Shown one piece after another: positions 26,588 through 37,961 of a stretch of DNA of 64,000 bases. Numbering within the stretch: the first letter of the stretch is position 1; each line of letters starts with the position of its first letter. Location: positions 72,850,001-72,914,000 of the forward strand of contig NC_086103.1 in the NCBI RefSeq assembly GCF_963921235.1, given 5' to 3'. This DNA is from Mobula hypostoma (taxonomy: Eukaryota). The notes beneath the pieces are model-generated. The model did not search any database and was not told the origin of the DNA. It saw nothing but the letters and a program-made list of their open reading frames with translations. Made by a program: the position numbers and the translations under genes.

Positions 26588-27631
26588 ATGACAGTGGGGT
26601 ACGAGGGCAGAAGGTGTTGATTACTGAAATATCCGCAGAAGCTATCATGAGGTTAGAAAGCAGATCACAGAGTGAAGAATGATCAACCCATTAACTGAAC
26701 CTGAGGGAGATACAGAGCGGGTCAGGCAGCATCTGCAGAAAGACAAGTAGAGTTAACAGTTCGTGTTCTTGGTTTTTCTTCAGTATTTTCTCTTTTATTT
26801 CAGATTTCTAGCATCTGCAATATTTTTTCTTCCAGAAAATTGGGATTGAGATGAGGTTTCTCAGAGTGCAAGCTGTTGTCTGCAGATGAAATTTGGAGAT
26901 TAATTTGAACATTAATTCATACTTTTCAGAGCAAGGGGAATAATCACAATATTTGACAGAGAGCAGCTCACAGGAAGAGTCTCCAGTTTATTTGGAGACT
27001 ATGAGGCACCACGCACAGTTTGTTCAGTTATGGATCGAGTCTCTGTGATTCTGGTCCCTGGACTGGATAATGAAAACTTGCTGTATTTGACCCATGTTGC
27101 TGAGTTTGTAATAAAATGAGCAAATTGGTTAAATTTTCTCTGAGTTACAACATTCTTTGAGATGTATTTGCCTCTCCTAAAATTGCAAACTGTGTGACTC
27201 ACAAATGAATTTTGTGGTCATGGCTGGTTGGTGTGAAAGCAGCATGAATTTTGTCCACAACCTTTATTGTGTTGATCTGATACGAGTAAATTATGCATCA
27301 TAGTCCTTCCTTGTGTGACCCACAAAATAACGATTTGTATTTTCTACAGAGGTTTTGCATGCCCATGACTGAAGTGCTGAACATGTGGTTAATATGGGGA
27401 GAAATGTCACTGAAATTGCAAGCTATATGGAAGTGTTTTCGTAAAGCTCTTGCAGGATTACTTCAGAAAAGTTGATTTATTTGTGTTTTTTTTTGCTGTT
27501 GCACACAGTTGCTATCTTTGAATGCTTAAAGTTGTGATCGGGTACAGATTGCAGATCAGCATCCGAAAGGTCATGCCATCATTCAGTTCAGTTAGACATT
27601 GACGCTGACCCAGTCCATAGTGTCCGGCGCG

Positions 27632-27683
27632 ATGGCTGTTACTGACGTTGTGGCTCATTTGTTAATGATGTTACTTCTGTTAG
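27632..27683 (+). CDS. TIM-like copy 1 exon 1: signal peptide MAVTDVVAHLLMMLLLL(G)
   Basis: Kozak gcgATGG, hydrophobic leader, phase-1 donor G|GTACGT at 27684; conserved in all three units. Confidence 0.88.
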
Positions 27684-28362
27684 GTACGTTTCTGAAAGCA
27701 GGAATCGAATTAGCTTGTTCAGTCTTGTTGCTTTAACCTCCTGGATGCAATAATTGAGATGGAGACTGTGTGAGTGAGGGACCCGGGAGGGTACAGCCGA
27801 GATATTAATGGGGCGGGGGTGGTGGTGGAGGTGAACTGACGGGGTGAGTGAACTTGGAGGACTGATCATTGCTGATCCGAATGGACCATGAAACAAGACC
27901 AAAGCTCGGAATATCCCCTGATCATTGCGGTGAAGGTTTGGGAGCACAGTAGGTATGTGAGTGGGAAAATGAATCCCAGATCCAAATTGGCAAGAGAGGA
28001 GAATGATTTCAATACTCGAGATCACAATCGGATCTTCGTACCTTCCCTGCATGTTTCTGTATCAGTGACTGAACAGTTCTCTGAAATGTTACCGCTGGAC
28101 TATCGGTTGTGTCAAAACTACAGAAATGCAATGCGATCACCACATCGTATTCCATGTCAGCTGAGGGGTGGGCGTTTCGGAATGTCGGGAATACCTAATA
28201 GTATCCACATCCCTTTGAATTTTCGTAATATTCCTCAGATGCCGCCCGGCAGGTAAAATGGATCACATTGCCGTTGCTCGGGCAGGTTTCTAAACTGTGG
28301 GCACACCCGTCTGATCATCTCATTCAGCGCCATCTGTAACTTTCTTTCCTGGATTGTTTCAG

Positions 28363-28710
28363 GTCGCGTCGCCTTCGTCTCTGGGACAAACGTGCGAGGA
28401 GTCACGGGACAGTCGATCACACTGCCATGCCGCTATTCTGTCGGAAAATATGTCAAAAGTGCGATGTGCTGGGGTCGGGGACAGTGTGGTGTTATGAACT
28501 GTGGAGATGAACTGATCAGAACAAATGGAGACAGAGTAACTTCTGTAACATCCCAGAGATACAGACTTGGTGGTAGAATTGCGGCAGGAAATGTGTCGCT
28601 CACTATAAATGATCTACAGAGAGAAGATAGCGGCTGGTATTGCTGCCGTGTGGAGATTCCGGGACCGTTTAATAATCTGAAAACGAATTTGAATCTCCGG
28701 GTTTTGGACG
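28363..28710 (+). CDS. TIM-like (HAVCR1/TIMD4 family) copy 1 exon 2: IgV domain
   Basis: tttcctggattgtttcAG acceptor, G|GTAAG donor, 348 nt phase 1-1, open. Six-Cys TIM pattern LPC..CWGRGQC....C..VSLTI..DSGWYCCRVEIPGPFNN. Confidence 0.95.
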
Positions 28711-28765
28711 GTAAGCAGCTCAATATTACATGATTCTGTGTCAGAAATGGCGGCATAGTGGTGTA

Positions 28766-29019
28766 GCCGCTATTCTGTCGGAACATATGTAAAAAGTGAG
28801 ATGTGCTGGGGTTTGGGGACAGTGTCCTTTTAGCGCCTGTGGCCACGGGTTGATTAGAACAAATGGAGACGAGTAACTTCTGTAGAATTGCGGCAGGAGA
28901 TGTGTCGCTCACTATAAATGATCTACAGAGAGAAGATAGCGGCTGGTATTGCTGCCGTGTGCGGATTCCGGGACAACATAATGATTTGAAAACGAATTTA
29001 AATCTCCTGGTTTTGGACG
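28766..29019 (+). pseudogene. Truncated, frameshifted fourth TIM IgV exon copy (no acceptor, donor retained)
   Basis: Starts mid-exon (gccgctattctgtcgga); +1 frameshift near WG, -1 near NGD, ~28-bp deletion; encodes CPFSACGHG and RIPGQHND; ends GACG|GTAAG. Confidence 0.9.
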
Positions 29020-29054
29020 GTAAGCAGCTCAATATTACATGATTCTGTGTCAGA

Positions 29055-29330
29055 AATGGCGGCTCAGCGGTGTAGCTGCTAGGTAATTGCCCCACATCTC
29101 CTGAGATTCAGGTTCGATCCCGCGCTCCTGTGCGGAAATCATACGTCCTTCCTTGCTTCCTCCGGGTGCTCTGAGATCGCAAGAACAGGTTAGTAGATTA
29201 ATAGGTCAGCATAAACTGTCGCTAGTGTAAATTAACGGCAGGACAATGGCGGGAGCCAAGTTTCTGGGGAGATATGGGGGATGTATCTGATGGGAATCTT
29301 GAGCAGTTGATATGGTCTCGATGGGCTGAA
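29055..29330 (+). mobile_element. Degenerate tRNA-derived SINE (V-SINE/HE1-like) in intron 2; further copies at about 29555-29850 and 39045-39340
   Basis: A-box-like GGCTCAGCGG (29061-70), B-box GGTTCGATCC (29111-20), followed by cctccgggtgctc body. Confidence 0.6.
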
Positions 29331-30269
29331 CGGCCCTCTTTTGCCCCTGAGAACATAAGAAATACCACAATGAATACTGATTTATTTTTCACTGTTGTAT
29401 ATCCACTAGAATGGATAATGTGCAGGATGACAACGGCAGGACAGTACAATGTGATATGGACAAAGAGTGCATTGTCTGAGATTCTGTGGAGAGAAATGTT
29501 TTGTGTGTTGCTCAGATATACAACACAAAACAATGTTACATGATTCTGTGTCAGAAATGGCGGCATAGTGGTGTAGCTGCTAGTACATTTTCCACAGATC
29601 TCCTGTGATTCTGGTTCCATCGGGAGCTCCTCTGTTTAGTGTGCGGAAATCATATGTCCTTGCTTGCTTCCTCCGGTGCTCTGAGATCGCAAGAACAGGT
29701 TGGTAGATTAATCGGTCAATGTAATCAGCCGCTAGTGTAAATTAACGGCAGGACAATGGCGTGAGCCAAGTTTCTAGGGAGATATGAGGGATGTATCCGA
29801 TGGGAATCTTGGGCAGATGATATGATCTCGATGGGCTGAACTGCCCTCTTCTGCCCCTGAGAACATAAGAAATACCACAATGAATACTGATATATTGTTC
29901 ACTCTGTTGTATATCCAATAGAATGGATAATGTGCAGGATGACAATGGCAGGACAGTACAATGTGATGTGGACTAAGAGTGCATTGTCTGAGATTCTTTT
30001 GTGTGTTGCATCAGATATACAACACATAACAATGGGCTTCTGGTGTCAATAACTGTGCTAATGCCGCTGTCATAGGAGCATAACAAACCGAAGCAGCAGT
30101 TGTCCATTGGACATTCCTGGCTGTTCCAACATTCATTCAGAATGTGGTTGATCTTGTTTCTACCTCAGCGCTATTTTCCACCACTGTCCTGTATCCCTTG
30201 ACTCCATGTCCAGACATCTATCAATCTGTGTTTTGAACAAATATGAAGAATGTGCATTTACAGCCTAAA

Positions 30270-30870
30270 GGATCATGACCACAGAAAGATCTTCTTATGC
30301 TGAGCTTTACAAGATACTAATCAGGCTGCACTGAGAGTATTGACTACAGTTTTGGGCCCCTTATCTTAGAAAGGATGTGTTGTCATTGGAGAGATTCCAG
30401 AGCAGGTTCACAGGGATGATTATGAGATTCAAGGGTTTAACATGTGAGGAACATTTGGCAGCTTTGGGCCTGTACTCGCTGGAATTTAGAAAAATGTGGG
30501 AAGAAATCATTGAAAGCTACAGAATGTTGAAAGGACTAGATAAGGTGGTTGTGGAGCGGATGTCTCCTCTGATGGGAGCACAGCCTCAAGATTCAGGGTG
30601 ACCCTTTACAACAGAGGTATGGAGGAATTTTTTTTAGCCAGAGAGTAGAAGATCTGTGTAATGCTGTGCCACGGACTTCAGTGGAGGCCAAGTCCGCGCC
30701 TATATTTAAGGTGGAAGTTGATCACTTCCTGATCAGTCAGGGCATCACAGGATAGGGCGAGTAGACAGGTGTATGGGGTTAAGTGGGATCCTTGATCAGC
30801 CGTGATAGAATGGTGAAGCAGACTCAATGGTCTGAATGGCCTCATTCTGCTCCCATGTCTGATGGTTTTA
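30270..30870 (+). mobile_element. Old CR1 3' fragment shared with unit 2 (39760-40385)
   Basis: ORF 30377..30601 ERFQSRFTGMI..GLYSLEFRKM. Confidence 0.8.
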
Positions 30871-31099
30871 TGGTATGAACTGTTCTGATGAAAGGTCTTG
30901 GCCCCAAAAAAAAAACAGTACTCTTAGCTATAGAAACTGCCTGGCCTGCTGAGTTCTTCCAGCAATTTGTGTGTGTTGCTTGGATTTCCATCATCAGCAG
31001 ATTTTCTCTTGTATTTCATGTAAGTTCTAGCTGGCCTGTCTCAAGTTCTAGTTTTCTCAGCCAGGAAAAACACCTTCCTTGCATTTTTTCTGCCAAGTT

Positions 31100-32350
31100 C
31101 TTGAAGGTTTCTGTATGTTTTGTTGAAGTTGGAGAGAGTACAATCCCAATCTACTCAATATCTTCTCATTTAGAAACCCTACCAGTCCTGAATCGTTATT
31201 GCACTCTGCCTACGCAATTATATACTTGCTTAGGTAAGATGTCAAAATAGTCCACTATATTCTTGGGTGCTTTTGCCAAGACATTCTACAAGTACAACAC
31301 GACTTGTTCATTGCTGTATTCAGATTCCCTTGTAAATGATAATCTACCATTTGCACCTACATCAAACCTTGGTCTCTATAAATGTTAACATTGCCTTATC
31401 ACTCTCCATTTAATAACTAATTCACTTTTCTATTCATTGTACCAGAATGGATAAGCTTTAAATTTTTTTACATTGTATTCCATTTGTCATTTTCTTGCCC
31501 TGTCACTGAGCTTGTTTATATAACCTTAACATGAGGAAATCTGCAGATGCTGGAAATTCAAGCAACACACACAAAAAATGTTGGTGAACGCAGCAGGCCA
31601 GGCAGCATTTTTTGTGTGTGTTGCTTATATAACCTTGCAGCCTCTTCACATCCTGCTTTGTGTGCCCAATCCCTCTTGGTCTTACAGTATTGGAAAATTC
31701 AAAATATATAACTTGTTCCCTCATATATTTCATTGCATCTCAGTCCTGAATGATGATGCCTTATTTTGAGATGATGATTCCTACAGGCAAAGTATCTCTT
31801 ACACCTGCCCTTTGAAGCCCTCTCGGAATTTTATACATTTCAATCAGCTCTCCCCCTATTCATCTAAGCTATGTTGTGTGCTGAACATCTGTGTAAAGAC
31901 CAATATCTGTTTCCCTGGAATCAATGAATGAACATTTATTTCTTCTGATCAAGTCTTTTTTATCTGCCTATTGGCTTACTAAGCTTTCAGTGACATGTAC
32001 ACAGACACCCAGATTCTTTGAATATCCAAGCACTCACCATATAACAAAAATCTGTTTTTCTGATGTTCCTACTGAAGTGGATCATGTCACATTTCTCCAC
32101 ATTATATTCTATTCGTCATCTCCTTGTCTATTTAGCCAGTCTTCTCTTTTCCGCTGATTTCTCCTTGCATTCTCTGTAAATCTCACACAGTTAATTAGCT
32201 ATTATTAAATCTTGGAAATGTTGCCCTTGAGCTAAGTCTTTGATATATGTTATGAAGAGAAGAGGGTCCAACCCTATGACTATGGAACTCTACCACTTGC
32301 AGTTTCACAACCCAAGCTTATTCCGTCTCTGTTTACTGTGTTAAACAATG
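31100..32350 (-). mobile_element. Ancient degraded CR1 RT fragment shared by all three units (also about 40600-40960 + 43010-43650 and 62280-62610)
   Basis: Reverse-complement similarity to CR1 RT C-terminal segments; no open frame. Confidence 0.6.
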
Positions 32351-32553
32351 TGGATATCTGAATTAACCCCAATCCAATGTGTTCTAATCAAGTCTAACTG
32401 TGGCAGTTTAAAGATCTTCCAATGGTCTAAGTGCTTATTATCCACAGTTCTCCCTAATCTTTTCTACAAGTTGTATAAGCTTGAAGTGAATGAAATTGCA
32501 TGACAAGCATTGAAAAACATAAAAATAAATTTAATGTTTCTTCTGTGACACAG

Positions 32554-32580
32554 ACAAGCACACAGCTCTGTTAAGCACAA
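32554..32580 (+). CDS. Candidate 27-nt micro-exon 3 of copy 1 (D)KHTALLST
   Basis: tttaat..tttcttctgtgacacAG acceptor, GTAAGT donor, phase 1-1 compatible with exon 2; same length and signals conserved in unit 2. Confidence 0.5.
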
Positions 32581-33182
32581 GTAAGTGTATTATTACACAC
32601 AATGGAAATGATGTTGCTTACTCTGATATCAATGTGTTGATACTCAGATACTCTGATACTCAGATCTCTGATATCAATGTATTTTGTTTGGATAAACTGC
32701 ACTGTTGATTATAAAAGTTAACAGGTATGCCTTGAAATTGATTTTAATTGAAATGTTTATGTTTAGAGCCTTAATATTTGGTGAAGATATTTGCACAAGG
32801 CAAGCTGGGAATGTTTGCCGTTAAAGTGAAAGTAAGACTTGCATTTAATAGAGTGCTTTTAGCACTGAGCAGCCATTGGGGTACCTGTTTCCGCAGACAG
32901 TGATGTGGTGATGATCAGATGTAGATCCTGATTGTAGATTTATTCATTTGATTACCAGTTGTTTAGGAATTGAGTTAATTTCTTGTTCTTAAAGATAATC
33001 AAAGTCATGAAAATACAGAAAGACATAATATGACAATAATAATGATATTGTATCTGTTCATAGAATTTGCAACAAGGTAAACAAATCAGTGACATAGATA
33101 GAAGTAATCCTGATTTCATCAACTTGTGGAAACTTGTCCACAATGTTTAATGAAGAAGCTCAGTGATACTTCAAGAACTTGG

Positions 33183-35323
33183 TGTCATCTGGGGGGCATT
33201 GGTGGTGGACCCAAATGCAAGACACAGACACTGAAGTACTAGGAACAGGACTCGGTGTGTCAGGTAAGCAAGAGAAGTGGGAAGAAAGGGCGCTGGACAT
33301 TGACACAGGCCCTGGACGAGACTAGGATGCAGGGCCTGGGCTAGGACATGGACAAGAAACACGGAACCCGGACAAGGAACTAGGATCTAGAATCCTGGAC
33401 TGGGGACACGGGACTCCAGAACTAGAGCCTGGACAAGGACCCAGAACCTGGGTCTTGGTTGGGACTAGGAACCTCAGAGCCTTGGGCTTGGAACTCAGGA
33501 ACATGGAACACAGAACCAGGACCCCTCCTTGGGAAAAGGACCAAGGGCCAGGGCTCGTACACAACACACAGAGCCAGGATCCCCTCCTTGGGAAAAGGAC
33601 CAAGGGTCAGGGCTCTTTCTGTACATAAAACACTGAGCACAAAGAGACAGTTCTCCACTCAGGGTAGCCGCAAATGGCCGGACCTACGTAGCGAAGGCGA
33701 GGAAACAGAGACAATTCCCACCTCAAGGTAGCAGCAAATGGACGGTCCTACCTAGCGAAGGCGAGGACACAAAGAGGCTATTCCAAACAATGACAGACTG
33801 TTCCTTATCTTGACACAGCAAGGCCCCGGTCTTGCTCTGGCAGTTGAACCTGACGGCATTACAGGCGAGGGTTCAGGCGGAAGGGGAAGGGAAGGGAACA
33901 ATCCAGCAAACAGTCTCTGATTTGCAGAGGATTTATGTGCCAGACTGAAATGAGAATCAGATGCCTGAATTAAAACACCCAACAGAACAAGGGAGAAAAC
34001 AGGAAAACCTGGAAAAGGATCAATGGTCCGGGACGTGAACTGGAATGTAGACTTCATGGACCGGACCATGACAGTATCCACCCCTCCATGGGAGCCTCCT
34101 GGTGACCCAAAAGGCTTCACCAGACGATGGACTACACGGGTGGTTGGGGGAGGGCGGTCAACAGGAGGGAAGCCGGGATGGCGAGAGTAAAACGACAGTG
34201 TCCGTGTCACTTGGTCCATGCTTGACAGGACTGTTCTGTCATCCAGGGGGCATTGATGGCGGACCCAAATGCAAGACACAGACACTGAAGTACTAGGAGG
34301 AGGACTTAGTGTGTCAAGAAAACAAGGGAAGTGGGGAAGAAAGGACGCTGGACATTGATGCAGGCCCTGGATGAGACTAGGATGCAGGGCCTGGGCTAGG
34401 ACGTGGACAAGAAACATGGAACCCGGACAAGGAATTAGGAACAAGGAGCCTGGACTAGGAACCCAGGACTCTGGAACTAGAGCCTGGACAAGGACCCAGA
34501 ACCTGGGCCTTGGTTGGGACTAGGAACCCCAGATCTTGGAGTTGGAAGTCAGGAACCTCGGAGCCTTGGGCTTAAAACTCAGGAACCTCGGAGTCTTGGG
34601 CTTGAAACTCAGGAACTTAAGAGCCTTGGACTTGGAACTCAGGAACCTCGGAGCCTTGGGCTTGAAACTCAGGAACCCAGGAGCCTTGGGCTTGGAACAT
34701 GGAGCACAGAGCCAAGACCCCTCCTTGGGAGCAGGACGTAGGGCCGGGACTCGTACACAGTACACAGAGCCAGGACCCCCTCCTTTGGAATAGGACCAAG
34801 GGCCGGGGCGCTTTCTATACACAAAACACTGAACACAAAGAGACAGTTCTCCACTCAGGGTAGCAGCAAATGGCCGGGCCTACCCAGCGGAGGTGAGGAC
34901 ACAAAAAAACAATTCCCAACACAAGGTAGTGGCAAATGGCCGGACCTACCTAGCGAAGGCGAGGACCCAAAGAGACAATTCCAAACAATGACAGACTGTT
35001 CCTTATTTTGACACAGCAAGGCCCTGGTTTTGCTCTGGTGGTTGAACCTGACAGCATTACAGGCAAGGATGCAGGCGAGGTTGCAGGTGAGGCATCAGGT
35101 GAAGGTTGTAGGCAAAGGCTTCAGAAGGAAGGGGAAGGGAAGGGAACAGTCCAGCAAACAATCCCTGGTTTGCAGAGGTATTTATGTGTCAGACCGAAAT
35201 GAGAATGAAATGCCTCAATTAAAGCACCCAACAGAACAAGGAAGAAAACAGGAAAACCCAGAACAAGGATCGATGGACTGGGCCGTGAACCAGAATGCAG
35301 ACTTCACAGACCAGACCATGACA
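33183..35323 (-). mobile_element. Miniature (TRIM-like) Gypsy LTR element: two LTRs with a 163-bp internal region
   Basis: LTRs TGTCA..TGACA at 33183-34073 and 34237-35323; 5-bp TSD CTTGG; empty site CAAGAACTTGGCAG in paralogous unit 2 (44482-86). Confidence 0.9.
34545..34700. repeat. ~30-bp minisatellite (GGAACCTCGGAGCCTTGGGCTTGAAACTCA)n inside LTR
   Basis: About five degenerate tandem units; only about one unit in the other LTR. Confidence 0.85.
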
Positions 35324-35510
35324 CTTGGAAGATGGAACGCAATGAAGACATATGGGAGATCATCATTTTAGTGCTGCTAATGTAAAAGTAATTTTACTTA
35401 AATGCTAAGTGATTGGATGGTGCTGAACATTAGAAACAAGGTGCGATGATACTCACATCTCTTCAAGAGACTCTCCAGGTGCAAATAATAAGTTACCATT
35501 TATTATTATA

Positions 35511-36055
35511 GAACATAGAACATAGAATAGTACAGCACAGTACAGGTCCTTCGGCCCACAATGTCGTGCTGACCCTCAAACCCTGCCTCCCATATAAGCC
35601 CCCACCTTAAATTCCTCCATATACCTGTCTAGTAGTCTCTTAAACTTCACTAGTGTATCTGCCTCCACCGCTGACTCAGGCAGTGCATTCCACGCACCAA
35701 CCACTCCCTGAGTAAAAAACCTTCCTCTAATATCCCCCTTGAACTTCCCACCCCTTACCTTAAAACCATTTCCTCTTGTATTGAGCAGTGGTGCCCTGGG
35801 GAAGAGGCGCTGGCTATCCACTCTATCTATTCCTCTTATTATCTTGTACACGTCTATCATGTCTCCTCTCATCCTCCTTCTCTCCAAAGAGTAAAGCCCT
35901 AGCTCCCTTAATCTCTGATCATAATGCATACTTTCTAAACCAGGCAGCATTCCTGGTAAATCTCCTCTGTACCCTTTCCAATGCTTCCACATCCTTCCTA
36001 CAGTGAGGTGACCAGAACTGGACACAGTACTCCAAGTGTGGCCTAACCAGAGTTT
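35511..36055 (-). mobile_element. CR1 3' fragment, unit-1 specific
   Basis: ORF 35576..36025 (GLYSLERRRMRGD..FFTQGVV.AWNALP); absent at homologous site about 44660. Confidence 0.9.
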
Positions 36056-37909
36056 TAAACATTAGAAGCTTTAAACATAGGAGTCACAGAGTCATACTGT
36101 AGTTGTACAGAGTCTTGGCAAGACTGCACTGGGCAGGTAGTGGAGAGTTCCAGTTTCTTAACAATGAAAGGACATACCTGCCAAAGAGAGAGAACAATGA
36201 ATAACTGGAGTCACAGAAAGCAATTCACATCACCCTTCCCCCACGCTTCAATGTAGTGAGTGCTGGATATATTTGGAGAGTTCAAGATCAAGTCATTGTT
36301 TGAACACATCGGTCGTCCATTTGGTCAGAATATATCTGAACAGCCCTTTGCATCACCTGGTGTTCAGACATTTACTCTCATCTGGAAATTGCTCACTTAT
36401 CATTGTTTCTCATAAATTGGAGGCACAGTAATCTGAGACAGAATGAATATATATCTGCAGCCTGGATCTGGGGCACTGAGCTTCTTTTTCTTGGTGTCAC
36501 TTTGATCCCTCTGTAAATCATCATCCTAATACCTCCATCCTTTAGTGTTATGTTCAATTCTTTCTGCCAGATTTTTTTTTACCTTTAATGATTGAATATA
36601 AATAATTATCAGTCCCTACATCACATTTAATTACAGTTGTTCTGCATGAAAAATAACTGAATACCCTGGAAAGGGCAAATCAGTCTCGTTCTGTTGTTTC
36701 TGTTCATCTCTTTCTGGCCATTATCATGGTTCATTTTCCCTGCCAACCCTTTCTCACACTCCTTGCTTCCGATCACTTCCCCATCTCCCACTGCCTCCCC
36801 AACTCCTTGATATTTCTTCTTCATATCAGTCCCTCCCAATTACTGGGGTCTGATCTTCATCTCACCTTTACCTGTGAGCTGCCCGGGAAGTGCACCAGAC
36901 ATCTGATGTAGGCAGGTCTGACCACAGCCCCAGTATCACTCCCAGTGTCAGTGCTTATTACAGCATGATTCAATAATTTGCAGTTTGCAGTTCAGAGACT
37001 CTTGAGTCACCATTAAGCCTCTTCACAGTCGGACAGAGAGTGAAAGTACCTTCACTCCTGACCAACAAATAGTCATAGTCATAGTCATACTTCACTGATC
37101 CCGAGGGAAATTGATTTTCGTTACAGTTGCCCCAACCAAGAATAGCGTATAAATATAGCAATATAAAACCATAAATAATTAAATAGTAATATGTAAATTA
37201 TGCCAGGAAATAAGTCCAGGACCAGCCTATTGGCTCAGGGTGTCTGACCCTCCAAGGCAGGAGTTGTAGAGTTTGATGGCCACAGGCAGGAATGACTTCC
37301 TATGACGCTCTGTGTTGTATCTCAGTGGAATGAAATGACCTTGACTCCAGTCTTGAACTGGGTTGACAGACCAAATTTAGACTACCAGTGCAGAACAGGC
37401 TGGTGTTTCCACAGAAAATGGTGGAATCACCTTATCTGGGTCTCTTGATCTCTCACTCACTCCGTACTTCACCCTCGGTTCCGTTCACGTACGAAGCATT
37501 GAAACGTGACACGAAATGACAGGACTCAACCAGACCAGCGACCCAACAGTTCAAACAGCCAGTTGGATACTTGGCAATTTGCCCGTTCGTGTTACTGATG
37601 GACATTTCAGACACGAATTTCTGTTGATGTCGCGTCACATCTGTGATCGGAAGAACTGATTTATCTCAAAACCGGGAACTGAAAGCAATGGTGAAGGAAA
37701 TCCGTGTACGTTTAAACTTTGATGGAAACACCGGGGAGGAGCCGAGTGTTTGATAACACTTGCCCCATTTCTCCGAGGTGTCGGTGAACAACACCCGTGC
37801 TCCTGTGGAAGGAACTCTTGTCCACGACAAGCTGGAAGCAACAGTTTAACTCGCAGCCGCAGCCTCTGCTGCAGCGACACGGAGAGCGGCCGCCACAGTG
37901 TCCGGCGCG

Positions 37910-37961
37910 ATGGCTGTTACTGGCGTTGTGGCTCATTTGTTAATAATGTTACTTTTGTTCG
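37910..37961 (+). CDS. TIM-like copy 2 exon 1: signal peptide MAVTGVVAHLLIMLLLF(G)
   Basis: Kozak gcgATGG, donor G|GTACGT at 37962. Confidence 0.9.

Noticed and set aside
24880-27600. Short ORFs in the unique region upstream of copy 1 as exons of another gene
   Set aside because: No recognisable domains or convincing paired splice sites; not supportable without homology search
29055-29125. tRNA-like A/B boxes as a tRNA gene
   Set aside because: No cloverleaf; continues into a SINE body, so called a degenerate SINE
33061-33073. Further AG..GTAAAC micro-exon candidate (also about 44367-44380)
   Set aside because: Lengths differ between units (13 vs 14 nt) and neither preserves frame
34545-34700. 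Regular ~30-bp repeats resembling a CRISPR array
   Set aside because: No unique spacers, no cas genes, eukaryotic context; it is a minisatellite inside an LTR
36690-36911. Hydrophobic stretch LFLAIIMVHFPC as a possible TIM transmembrane exon
   Set aside because: Too short for a TM helix, no clear splice sites, derives from pyrimidine-rich low-complexity sequence
37712-37936. Cys-rich minus-strand ORF repeated at 59011..59250
   Set aside because: Antisense shadow of the conserved GC-rich 5' flank and leader exon; no recognisable domain
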